IMG/VR virus record: IMGVR_UViG_3300031413_000005
Coordinates: 32,001 to 96,000 of that record
Reading direction: 5' to 3' (one strand)
Origin: a virus
Length of the DNA: 64,000 nt
Shown here: in pieces, positions 46,752-55,909 of the stretch
Layout: each line of letters begins with the position of its first letter
Numbering within the stretch: the stretch's first letter is position 1
Notes under the pieces: model-generated
The model's database searches: none
What the model saw: only the letters and a program-made list of their open reading frames with translations
What the model was told of the DNA's origin: nothing
Translations under genes and position numbers: made by a program

Positions 46752-46848
46752 CTCGTTCTCCTAATCGGTTTTCTTTATTTCTGACACCATCCTACATCAG
46801 GGTGCATGTGTTGTAAATACCACACACTACCCTGATGTAAAAATGTCA

Positions 46849-47595
46849 CTACCGCCGATTGCTCGCACGCAGGTTTGCGAAGCCCTCCGCGAACAGCTGA
46901 TGACGGCTCTTGCCCGTGTCGGGGTCGGTCTTGCCGCCATCGGTGCGCGAGCCCGCGCCGGGCTTGGCGTTCGACTTCAGCAGGTCGTCCTTGTCGGGAT
47001 CGGCCATGATGACCTTCTCGATCGCGGCTTCGAAGCCCAGCGGCTTGCCGGAACCGTCGACCAGCATCGTGCGCTTCGCGGCGCCCTTGGGCTTGTCATA
47101 GACGACGGTCTCGCCATCGACGACTTCCGCATGCTCGTGGAACAGGGTGCGAACCTTGCCGACCGGCAATGCGACCTTCTCGCGGAGGAACTTGCTTTCG
47201 TTGAAGGCGCGGTCGATCGCCATGTTGTCGAGGCGGGCGTCTGCGGCCGACTTGCCGGTCTTCAGCTCCTCGATCTGCGCCTGGAGCGCCGCTTCCTTGG
47301 CGTCACGCTCGGCGACCATCAGCTCGCGCACGCGCTCCCAGTTGCCCTCGGCTTCGGCCTTTGCCTTCTCGGCATCGCGCTTCGCAGCTTCCGACGCGTC
47401 ACGCGCGGCGATTGCTGCCTTGGCTGCGGCCGGGTCGAGGCCCTCGAACTGTGCGAGGCTGGCGTCGCGGCTTGCGAGTTCGGCGCGCAGACGTTCGAGC
47501 TCAGCCACATTGGCGTCGGGCTTCTCGTCCTTCTTGTCGGCTGCTGCGGCTGCTGCTGCGGCCGCATCTGCTGCGGCCTGTTCTTCTGGATCCAC
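46849..47595 (-). CDS. Capsid scaffolding protein
   Basis: Charged coiled coil, directly upstream of the major capsid gene. Confidence 0.75.
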   Translation of the reverse strand: MDPEEQAAADAAAAAAAAADKKDEKPDANVAELERLRAELASRDASLAQFEGLDPAAAKAAIAARDASEAAKRDAEKAKAEAEGNWERVRELMVAERDAKEAALQAQIEELKTGKSAADARLDNMAIDRAFNESKFLREKVALPVGKVRTLFHEHAEVVDGETVVYDKPKGAAKRTMLVDGSGKPLGFEAAIEKVIMADPDKDDLLKSNAKPGAGSRTDGGKTDPDTGKSRHQLFAEGFANLRASNRR

Positions 47596-47686
47596 GAAAC
47601 ACCTTTACTTGAAACTATGTAGGTGTGGCTATTGTGCCACACCTACCCCGAGTTTGCAACGCGCATGTGTGTTACAGACCATGCGG

Positions 47687-48943
47687 CTACTTGCCGACGA
47701 TTTGCGTCACGTATGGATTGACGGGAACGCTGTATCGCGTCGCCTTGGAGCCATCCATCTTGTAGATGTAGCTCTCCGGCCAGATACGACCGCCGCCCCA
47801 CCACGTCGCGCCCTTGAGCACATCGGCGTTGGCGCGCAGCGCTTCGATAGCCTCCTGCCCCACAGCCTTGCAGGTCGAATGCACACCATAGCTCGAGCCG
47901 AATGCGGACTCAGTGATGTAGGCTTGGAGGTTGCGCCGGCGAAGCTGCTCGGCGAACTCGACGAACCCGCTGGTCTTGGCGTCGCATTCCTTGCTCGTGC
48001 CCGACGAACCCCGATCGAAGTAGCGGTGGGCGTTGATGCGCGTCAGGCCGAGCGGGTCCTTCAGGCCACCCCCGCGGTCGATCGCGCAGGCCGCGCTCTC
48101 GCAAGCCTTGTTCGGTCCTTCATGCTTGTCGAAGCGGAACGATGCTGACCACTGCGGATATTCGAGCAGGATCGGGTGCCGGATACCGTTCGCACGCAGA
48201 CCGGCGATGATGATGTTGCTGTCGCGCAGCCACTGGTCCCAGTCGTTTGTCAGGACCGGATCATCGAAGCCCTTCGGCTCGTTGACCAGGTCGAGAAGTA
48301 CAGACCCATCATCAGGGAAGTTTCGCGCGAAGGCCGTCCAGTCGGCGATCATCACCGAAGGCACGCGCCAGGTGTAATCGTGGCGGTCGAGGATGACGGG
48401 AACACCCTTGCTGCCAGCATAGGCGACGCTGACCTTCAGGTCTGCGACCCGGGCCGGGGTCATGCGCTCCAGCTTGAACGGGTAGCGGATGAGCTGGAAG
48501 CCGTACCGCTCGATGTAACCCGTCCAGTCCTCGATCGACGGCCGAACCGCGTCGCTTCCGCTTGCTTCGGCGCCGGATAGGTTTGCACCGAACAGCACCT
48601 TTGCGGGCTTTACTGCTGCGGCGCAGGGAGCCGCGTCGATCGGTGCGTAGACCCAGCCCTTGCCCTGGACGTTCTCGACGAACCGGATCTTGCTGGCGCC
48701 GATCGTCTCGAACCAGTTGCCGGCCGCGTCCGAACGCGCGCGATCGTTCCAGCCCTTCCACCCCTTCTCACGCGAGCCGTCGGCCAGGAGCTCGCGGCCC
48801 ATCTTCTTTTTGAGAACTAGGGTGTCGCCCGCGCAGACGGTAATCTGCGCGGGAGGGTTGGCGCCGGTGACGATGTGTTCGGTCCGCGCAGCTACCGGCG
48901 TGGAGAGGAGCGCGGCGATGGCGAAAACGACGCCGCGGATCAC
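47687..48943 (-). CDS. Secreted GH5 endoglucanase (cellulase family)
   Basis: Signal peptide ending PVAA; GANLSGAE, RYPF..ER, LDRHDY, NEP (acid/base), HRYFD, ITE (nucleophile), WWGGG. Confidence 0.85.
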   Translation of the reverse strand: MIRGVVFAIAALLSTPVAARTEHIVTGANPPAQITVCAGDTLVLKKKMGRELLADGSREKGWKGWNDRARSDAAGNWFETIGASKIRFVENVQGKGWVYAPIDAAPCAAAVKPAKVLFGANLSGAEASGSDAVRPSIEDWTGYIERYGFQLIRYPFKLERMTPARVADLKVSVAYAGSKGVPVILDRHDYTWRVPSVMIADWTAFARNFPDDGSVLLDLVNEPKGFDDPVLTNDWDQWLRDSNIIIAGLRANGIRHPILLEYPQWSASFRFDKHEGPNKACESAACAIDRGGGLKDPLGLTRINAHRYFDRGSSGTSKECDAKTSGFVEFAEQLRRRNLQAYITESAFGSSYGVHSTCKAVGQEAIEALRANADVLKGATWWGGGRIWPESYIYKMDGSKATRYSVPVNPYVTQIVGK

Positions 48944-51822
48944 TGGTCGAGCGCCTTAAAGCCAGAGGGGATGGGGATGGTCATCGTGGCAGCAGTGAAG
49001 CGGGCGACGAAGTTCCCGACCCCTCGGAACGAACAACATGCGGAATAGCCCGAGTTCCGTCGCCCGACAGCGGCAACGTCAAGGGCGCGAATTTGCGATA
49101 TGTCGATGCCTCCAACACCGGTTGCCGGGTTCGCATCAGCCGAACCATTGAACAGGGTTGACGTAGAAGGTCGCACCCAAAGAAGATCAGCGTCCGCATC
49201 CACGCAGAAAAGATACGACCCGCCACTCGGCACAGCCTCTGCTTTAGCATTCGCAACAGCGGCGAGAAGCATGGTGACTTGCCCGTTGGCGACAGGATTA
49301 AAGCCGATCCCCTCGTTTGTTGCGTACACGGTGCCGCTCTGCGGCTTGTTCAGCTTGGTGAGGTGTCCGACAACGCCAAGCATCATATTCGCGGGCGTTC
49401 CCGTATAACCGACCTCCCAGCAGTATTTACCGGTGCGAATGATCGGGTAACCGTAGACCACGGTCCCGCCACCGCCGCTCGGAAGCGAGGCAATGTCTGC
49501 GCCCCGGATAGCGGAAGCTGCGTCGCCGTTGGCGTTGGTCAAAACCACAGCCGTAGAATGGTCGAACCAGCTCCACGTCAGCGGCCCGAAGGTCCGAACG
49601 CCAGGAGCTGCGACTGCCTTGTTGATTGCGGCGCTATAAACTGGCCCGAAGTATTCAACCGCTGTGTTCTTGAAGTGCGTGCCGTCACCCGAGAAATCTA
49701 CGGTAACCTTCGCAGCAGTATCGAGCTCTGGAACTGAGCCCAAATCGAACATGTAATCCGCGTTTAGGTAGCTGCTGTATAGGGCGCGAATGCTCTGGTT
49801 GAGCGGCACGGTAGCGCCGTCGAAGTTGTGCTCGACACTGGTATCAGTGGCATCGAACGCCACGTTATTGCGTGACGGGATGGTGCCGACAAGGGTTCGT
49901 TGGAACCCGACGCCACCAGCTCTGACCATTACGGAACGGAGAGCCCGCATGATGGAGTCATGCGCCTGGAACACGCCGTCGTTGGTGCCGGCCATGATCG
50001 TGCCGATATTCATATCGACGTTGGGGTTAAAGGCAGGCCCCATGCCGACGTCCGAACCGGTGCCACCAAGCGGTCCTGCCGTTACCGAGATAGGCCCCGA
50101 GCCACCAGTGCCGTTCGCGAACTGGCTTGCCATGATTGCCGCAGTCTGACCGCTCAAAGACAGCTTGCGGTAAGTGTAGGTCGGCCCGGCAGTCAGGCCC
50201 GATACCACACCTCGATCGACGTAGCTGTTGATGCCACCAGGCGTACCGCCGATGCCGGTCGTGTTGCTGTCGCCCTCGGCAGCGATCTGCACGGTGGACG
50301 GCAGGTTCGAGAAGGCGTCATCGTTAAGGATAGTGCCGGTCGCGCTCATCGATGCGCCCGTGACGTAGCCGCTCGGGGTCGAGATCAGGACGGTGAACGT
50401 CTCGTCAGGTTCGAATGAAGGGTCGCCGTTGACGCTAATCGAGAAGGTCCCAGTCGCGACACCGTCTGCCATCGCGACGTTTCCACCAGCAGGGAACGAC
50501 CCACCGGTGAAGTCGCTCGCCGAAGTGCTGCCCGCGGTGAACGACCACGGAACATTGATCGCGCCCGTCGTCGACGATCGCGTCACGGTGTAGGTGAACA
50601 CGGTTGCGCCGCTGTTCCCTTCGGACTTCGATTGCGCGCCCGACATGGTGACAGTTGGCGCAGCGTCGTCGTTTGTGATCGTGCCGGTCGACGTCACGGT
50701 GTTGAGCCCAGCTGCCGTAACAGCGAGGGTGAACGTGTCGTTGGGCTCGAATGCGGTGTCGCCCGCGACAATCACCGAAATGGTCTTGCTCGTCTCGCCT
50801 GCTGCAAACGTACCGCTGCCGGCCGGGAATGCACCGCCGAAGTCTGCCGCGTCGGCCGGGTTTGCACCGCTACCCACGGTGGACCAGCTGAACGGATACG
50901 CTGCCGTGCTGCCGTCTCGGTTGAGCGTGAGGGTCCAGGAGAAGACAGCCGTTCCGCTGTTGCCTTCGGACTTGGTGACCGCAGACGAGAGCGACAGGGA
51001 AGGCGCTGGGACCGCAGCAGCAGCTGATACCGTAACCGGGGAGGAGGTCGACTTGATCGTCTCTCCGTTGGTGCCAAGCACGGTATTCTCGCGGGTCAGC
51101 GAGCCCGTGGCATTCGGCGTGACCGTGGCGCCGGTGCCAATCGCGGTCGTGCCGAGCAGCCAGCGACGGCTCGTGATCGTGCCGTTCGTGGGGGTGCCGT
51201 CTGTCGCGGAGAAGGTCGTTCCGACCGCGCCGCTACTTGGCGAGATCGTCGGCTGGGTAAGCGTGGGCGACGGGATCGGCGTTACGGTTTCGCCGTCACC
51301 TGCGACCAGATCCGGGTCGCCGAAGACGCAGAGTGTGTCGGTTTCCAGGTTCACATAACCGTTGAACTCGACCGCGAACACACGCTGGTCGTCAACCTTG
51401 TAGGCGAAGGCCATGTCGCCCTTGCAGCTGGCAAGCGGGATGGTGAAGTCGCGGCTCTTGTCCTCGATCGGCATGCCCTTGGGGTGCAGAACCAGCGCGC
51501 CCGAAGTCTTGCGCAACGACGCACCGACGCCCGAACCGAGCGTGAGCTTCTTCCTCGCAAACTTGCCGATGCCGTTGGTTACGAGCGTCGCGCCAGGCGT
51601 CACGGCCAGGAGCTTGTCGAGATCGCGTTCAGCCATCGGCACCTTCACGGTGACCTTGCGACCCTTGATGACCTCGTCGATGGCGGTCTCGCCAAACTGG
51701 TCGACCGTGATGAGGGTCGATTCCGTGGCGATCGAGACTTCGACGCCGCCCTTCGTGAGACCAAGATCCAGGCCGCGATACGTCGGCAGGCATGGACCCA
51801 TCTCAAGCTTTTCGAAACTCAC
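48940..51822 (-). CDS. Tail-tube paralogue fused to Ig-like, 2x Calx-beta, SGNH hydrolase and SPRY-like domains
   Basis: First ~170 aa are roughly 80% identical (manual alignment) to 41877-42419; two SEGNSG...EP.(D/E)TF Calx-beta repeats; GDS/G/GTND/DGTH SGNH blocks; GKYCWEV...VDADADLLW SPRY-like tail. Confidence 0.85.
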   Translation of the reverse strand: MSFEKLEMGPCLPTYRGLDLGLTKGGVEVSIATESTLITVDQFGETAIDEVIKGRKVTVKVPMAERDLDKLLAVTPGATLVTNGIGKFARKKLTLGSGVGASLRKTSGALVLHPKGMPIEDKSRDFTIPLASCKGDMAFAYKVDDQRVFAVEFNGYVNLETDTLCVFGDPDLVAGDGETVTPIPSPTLTQPTISPSSGAVGTTFSATDGTPTNGTITSRRWLLGTTAIGTGATVTPNATGSLTRENTVLGTNGETIKSTSSPVTVSAAAAVPAPSLSLSSAVTKSEGNSGTAVFSWTLTLNRDGSTAAYPFSWSTVGSGANPADAADFGGAFPAGSGTFAAGETSKTISVIVAGDTAFEPNDTFTLAVTAAGLNTVTSTGTITNDDAAPTVTMSGAQSKSEGNSGATVFTYTVTRSSTTGAINVPWSFTAGSTSASDFTGGSFPAGGNVAMADGVATGTFSISVNGDPSFEPDETFTVLISTPSGYVTGASMSATGTILNDDAFSNLPSTVQIAAEGDSNTTGIGGTPGGINSYVDRGVVSGLTAGPTYTYRKLSLSGQTAAIMASQFANGTGGSGPISVTAGPLGGTGSDVGMGPAFNPNVDMNIGTIMAGTNDGVFQAHDSIMRALRSVMVRAGGVGFQRTLVGTIPSRNNVAFDATDTSVEHNFDGATVPLNQSIRALYSSYLNADYMFDLGSVPELDTAAKVTVDFSGDGTHFKNTAVEYFGPVYSAAINKAVAAPGVRTFGPLTWSWFDHSTAVVLTNANGDAASAIRGADIASLPSGGGGTVVYGYPIIRTGKYCWEVGYTGTPANMMLGVVGHLTKLNKPQSGTVYATNEGIGFNPVANGQVTMLLAAVANAKAEAVPSGGSYLFCVDADADLLWVRPSTSTLFNGSADANPATGVGGIDISQIRALDVAAVGRRNSGYSACCSFRGVGNFVARFTAATMTIPIPSGFKALDQ

Positions 51823-53450
51823 TTACCTGACTCCTTGGCTTTATCGTCGGCCTTCACCGATCCCTTGTTGTTCTGTCCCTGCGAGCCGTTCTGTCCGGGG
51901 AGACGGCCGGGCTTCGGCGCCGTGGGGCGCCCAGCAGGCCCGCCAGGCATCAGCTCGGCCGGATCAGGCTCTGCGAGCCAGTCGCCGTCGATGTCGGCTT
52001 CGATGGCCTTCTTGTCGGTCTCGCTGACCTGGGGGTACATTTTGCCCGCCAGCTTCTTCATCTGGATCTTGCGGAGCGCCTTGGGCGCATTCATCACAGC
52101 CAGGCGCTGGGCGTTGTCCATGTCGTCGGCGAGGTTGCGGACGTCGAAGGTCGTCGGATACGTGACGTATTCTTTGCAGTCCTCAAGCTCCTCGAGGGTG
52201 CCCCACCAGCCCATCACGAGACGGTTGATCGAGTTCTCGGCCGCGGCGAGCGCCATCGCCTTCGCGACCAGCATCGCGTTCAGGCGCTCGAAGTCATACG
52301 CCTTGGCGACGCCCGAGCTGTTGTCGATGCCGACCGAGTTGTCCGACTTGGTCCGCTCGCCGGCCATGCCGATCGAGTGGTAGATCTCGTCGATGATCTT
52401 AGAGATGACGGTGATGATGATCCCAGCCTGGCGAGGATCTGGGGACAGAAACTCCGGCGCGGAACCGCCTTCAGCATTGTAGGCGAACACCCGCTTGGTG
52501 CCCATCTCATACATCTGCTTCTGGGTGCCCTTCTTGCCCTCGTCGTCGTTGTCGGACTCGAGCAGTCCCTGATACGGGATCGCCAGCTGGCTGAAGGTCT
52601 GGTCCTGGATGATCGCGTCGAGGTTCGACAGGTAGTTCGTGGCGCCGCGATCCATGTAGGCCACGTCGTCGATCAGGCCCTTGTTGGAGTAGAGCTCCTC
52701 GGACGGGTTGTGATCGACCGGCACGACCGGCACCGCGCCCAGCTTGTGCTCGGCGTTCTCACCGACCGCGGCGATGCGGTCACCGGCCTCGTTCTTGGCG
52801 ACGGTGATGACGGCGTAAAATTCGGGCGTCCAGATGCGGAACTGCGTCGCGACCTTGCCGGAAGCGAGCGGGCTCACGTCGTCGCGCTTGGTCTCGGCCA
52901 GCAGGAACCACGACAGCTCGCCGTCCTCGTCATAGGCGAAATCGAGCGCGTCGATCGGGGACACCAGGTAGGCGTAGACGCGACCCTTTGATGCCTTTTC
53001 CTCGGCGACGGTCTTGGTCTCGGCGGGGAAGTTGTTGTCGACGACAACGTAGACGCGGCCGAAGATCGAGGACTTGCGCGAGATGGTGTCCATCAGCGTG
53101 TCGACTGGACGCTTCATGAGCGTCGCGTTCTTCCAGAACCGCTTGATCTTATCCGGAGCATCGGCGCTGCGCGCGATGTCGCCCTTCAGGACATATTTGT
53201 TGACGAGGTTCACGACCTCGCGTGTGTGCGGGAAGCGATAGGCGCGCTTCTTGCGCTCGCGAAATTCCCGCAGACCCTCCTTGTGATAGCGCCAGAGGTT
53301 CGCGTCGAACCACGAACGGCCCCCGTCATGGGTCGCTTCGAGGAAACGCCAATGATCGAGGTTGTCCGCATATTCGGGGTGCCGGCGATCGACGATCGCG
53401 AGCAGGGCGTCAGACGATGCCGCCTTCAGTTCAGTGAGCGTGATAGCCAT
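51819..53450 (-). CDS. Portal protein
   Basis: 543 aa, directly after terL; HPEY, LGAVPVV, SGVAK. Confidence 0.85.
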   Translation of the reverse strand: MAITLTELKAASSDALLAIVDRRHPEYADNLDHWRFLEATHDGGRSWFDANLWRYHKEGLREFRERKKRAYRFPHTREVVNLVNKYVLKGDIARSADAPDKIKRFWKNATLMKRPVDTLMDTISRKSSIFGRVYVVVDNNFPAETKTVAEEKASKGRVYAYLVSPIDALDFAYDEDGELSWFLLAETKRDDVSPLASGKVATQFRIWTPEFYAVITVAKNEAGDRIAAVGENAEHKLGAVPVVPVDHNPSEELYSNKGLIDDVAYMDRGATNYLSNLDAIIQDQTFSQLAIPYQGLLESDNDDEGKKGTQKQMYEMGTKRVFAYNAEGGSAPEFLSPDPRQAGIIITVISKIIDEIYHSIGMAGERTKSDNSVGIDNSSGVAKAYDFERLNAMLVAKAMALAAAENSINRLVMGWWGTLEELEDCKEYVTYPTTFDVRNLADDMDNAQRLAVMNAPKALRKIQMKKLAGKMYPQVSETDKKAIEADIDGDWLAEPDPAELMPGGPAGRPTAPKPGRLPGQNGSQGQNNKGSVKADDKAKESGK

Positions 53451-53458
53451 AGCGCGCT

Positions 53459-53494
53459 ATCATACCAGATTGCATGTGTGTTGCCTACCATGCA
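53459..53494 (-). promoter_or_regulatory. Element plus extended -10 promoter for the portal gene
   Basis: Element-ATCTGG-TATGAT-8 nt-ATG. Confidence 0.7.
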
Positions 53495-53498
53495 CTGC

Positions 53499-54752
53499 CT
53501 ACAGATCGATACCGATCGGCATGCGGACCTTGCGGCCGTAGTGATAGTGGATCGGGTAACCCACGGCGTCGGCCATGTGGTCCACACCCATCGTCTTGTC
53601 GACCATCGGCGTGCCCGGCTTGTAGATCGTCTGCTCCATCGCCTCGATGACGTGCGTGCATTTGGCGTCGAACCGGAGGCGGATCGTGCCGTCTGCGGTG
53701 CGCAGCATCGAGTTCACGGCCGACACGCGGTCCGCGACCAGTGGATGCTTCTTCGGGAAGATGAGCTTGATGTAGCCCTTCTCGCGGAAGACATCGAGGT
53801 CGCTCTCGCCGCGGCTGGAGCTGCGGTTCGAACCGGCCGGATCGGGGTAGATGGCGATCGAGCGCTTGTATTTGAAATAGCGGCGGTCGAGTTCCTCGGC
53901 CACCTCCATGACGTTCGAGTTCGGGAAGTGGATCTCGTCGATGATCCAGACCTCGCCGTTCTCCTGCACCTGCATGATTGCAGACGACATCGGATCGACG
54001 TTGAAGTCCTGGCCAACGATGATCGGTAGCTTCGGATTGAACGGGTAATTGCCGACGTGCTGCCGGCGATCGAACTGGTAATAGACGCGGCCCGACATGC
54101 TCTCGAACGACGCCTCGAACTCCTGACGGAAGCTCTTGGGGTCCATCGAGTTACGCGCGGTCTCGATCTCAGAAGGCGGGAAGAACGGGCTTTCGATCGT
54201 GGGAATCTGCCACGACATATACTCCAGTTTCTTCTGGTTCTTCTTGATCTGCCCGAGACGATACATCTCGTGGAAATGGTTGAAGGACTTCGGCGTGCCG
54301 ATGATGAGCGCGCGACCGCGGGTGGTCGTCAGCGTCGGGAACAGAACCTCCTGCCAGACGCCCGGCCGGAAATCCTGGTACTCGTCCAAGATCAGGAAGT
54401 GCAGCGCACGGCCGCGCAGCGTGTCGGGGCGATCGGCGCCCTTCAGCTGGATGAGCACGCCGTTGATGAGGCGGATCTCGAGCCTGGTCTCGTGGGTCTT
54501 GCGGATCCACGACGCCGGTATGTTCGCCAGCAGCTCGTCCCACATCAGGTCGCGGGCCATCGTGAAGGTCGGCGCGACATACCAGATGATCTTAGGACCG
54601 CGGCCCCGCGCGGCGCGGATGATCTCGGCGCGCGCAAGCGTGGTCTTCCCGAACCGTCGACCCGCGACAAGCGTGCGGAAGCGAGCCGGGTGACGGAACA
54701 CGTCGGCCTGCCCCTTGTGGAGCTTGATGTGGATCTTCGGTGGTTCGAACAT
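53499..54752 (-). CDS. terL: Terminase large subunit
   Basis: AGRRFGKT, YVAPT, LILDEY, IIGTPK, GQDFN, DHMADA. Confidence 0.95.
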   Translation of the reverse strand: MFEPPKIHIKLHKGQADVFRHPARFRTLVAGRRFGKTTLARAEIIRAARGRGPKIIWYVAPTFTMARDLMWDELLANIPASWIRKTHETRLEIRLINGVLIQLKGADRPDTLRGRALHFLILDEYQDFRPGVWQEVLFPTLTTTRGRALIIGTPKSFNHFHEMYRLGQIKKNQKKLEYMSWQIPTIESPFFPPSEIETARNSMDPKSFRQEFEASFESMSGRVYYQFDRRQHVGNYPFNPKLPIIVGQDFNVDPMSSAIMQVQENGEVWIIDEIHFPNSNVMEVAEELDRRYFKYKRSIAIYPDPAGSNRSSSRGESDLDVFREKGYIKLIFPKKHPLVADRVSAVNSMLRTADGTIRLRFDAKCTHVIEAMEQTIYKPGTPMVDKTMGVDHMADAVGYPIHYHYGRKVRMPIGIDL

Positions 54753-54757
54753 GAGGA

Positions 54758-55324
54758 TTAGCCGGCGTTGTCGCCGTCGTCCTCTGCATCCTCGTCCAGG
54801 CCGGTCTGATAGGACTCCTCGATCGCGTCCTGAATACCGGTGATCTCGTCGGTCGTGTATTCGCCGATGTTCAGATCCGGCAGTTCCTCGGACTGGTCCT
54901 TCAAATCGTCGATGCTCAGGATCGTCCAGATCTCGGAGCGGCCCTTCTCGACGATCTTCATCGCGTTGCCGAGAACGATCAAGTCGGCGTTGATGCCAGG
55001 AAGGGCGCTGGCCTGATTGGCTTCGAGCACCTTCTTCATCGCCATTCGCGTGATCGCAGTCACGTAGCCGGCGTGGTCCGACTTCAACTTGGTCGCCTCG
55101 GCAACGCGGCGGGCAAGCTCGGCACGGGCGGCGTCGTCAGCGTCGTTGCGCACCTCATCGAGACGCGACGCCTTTTCGATGCCGCGCTCCTTCAGGCCCT
55201 TCTCGATGGCCTGGCGCGACACCCCGAACTGCTCACCCAGCTGTCGAGTGTTCTTCTCGCCGCGCTGGTAGAGGACGACGATGGTCGCCCATTCCGCAGC
55301 CGTGAGGTTCTTGCCGGTGGTCAT
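54758..55324 (-). CDS. terS: Terminase small subunit
   Basis: N-terminal HTH (TRQLGEQFGVSRQAI); directly upstream of terL. Confidence 0.75.
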   Translation of the reverse strand: MTTGKNLTAAEWATIVVLYQRGEKNTRQLGEQFGVSRQAIEKGLKERGIEKASRLDEVRNDADDAARAELARRVAEATKLKSDHAGYVTAITRMAMKKVLEANQASALPGINADLIVLGNAMKIVEKGRSEIWTILSIDDLKDQSEELPDLNIGEYTTDEITGIQDAIEESYQTGLDEDAEDDGDNAG

Positions 55325-55621
55325 CTCTAGTCGTCTTTTATCGGGAGTGTCAAGCGGTGCATGTGTGTAGTCTACCATGCACCTCGATTTTTTGGAAGCC
55401 AGCGCGCTTCGCGCTGATCGCCGCGGGATTTTCGGTCTCGTGCGCGTGCTCGCGTATGCGCGCTAGGCGTGTGCGCTCGCGTGCGCGCGCGTTAGAGATT
55501 CTCCGATTGCGCTGGATTCGAGCTTGATCTCGAAACTCCCGCGCTCCGGTATATTACTTACTACGTAGTAATATGGGAACGAGGTTCTTTTTTGTTCTTT
55601 TAGACAGAATGTCTTACCTAT

Positions 55622-55909
55622 TCAGATTGAGGGTCTGAAAAGCGCATAACCCGCGGTGGTCGACGCATACGTGCGGAGTGAGCGCTTCCTCCTGGTCACG
55701 AGCTTATCCTCGCGAGCCAGACCATGCGCGGCGAGATGCCGAAGGCTGCACAACATGGCTCCCCGGGTCGTCCCCGGTGATACGAGGTCGATCAGCTGCA
55801 TGAGGTCGAGCAGACTCCCGTCGGGATTGCGCCGAATGAGCGCCTGCATGATCGCCGTCTGCTTCGGGGTCATCTTGGGCGGAAGACGCTTCGCGTCGAG
55901 CTGCATCAT
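55622..55909 (-). CDS. Winged-helix DNA-binding protein
   Basis: MTPKQ..IM, TRGAMLCSLRHL..GL, YAST..GY pattern. Confidence 0.65.
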   Translation of the reverse strand: MMQLDAKRLPPKMTPKQTAIMQALIRRNPDGSLLDLMQLIDLVSPGTTRGAMLCSLRHLAAHGLAREDKLVTRRKRSLRTYASTTAGYALFRPSI

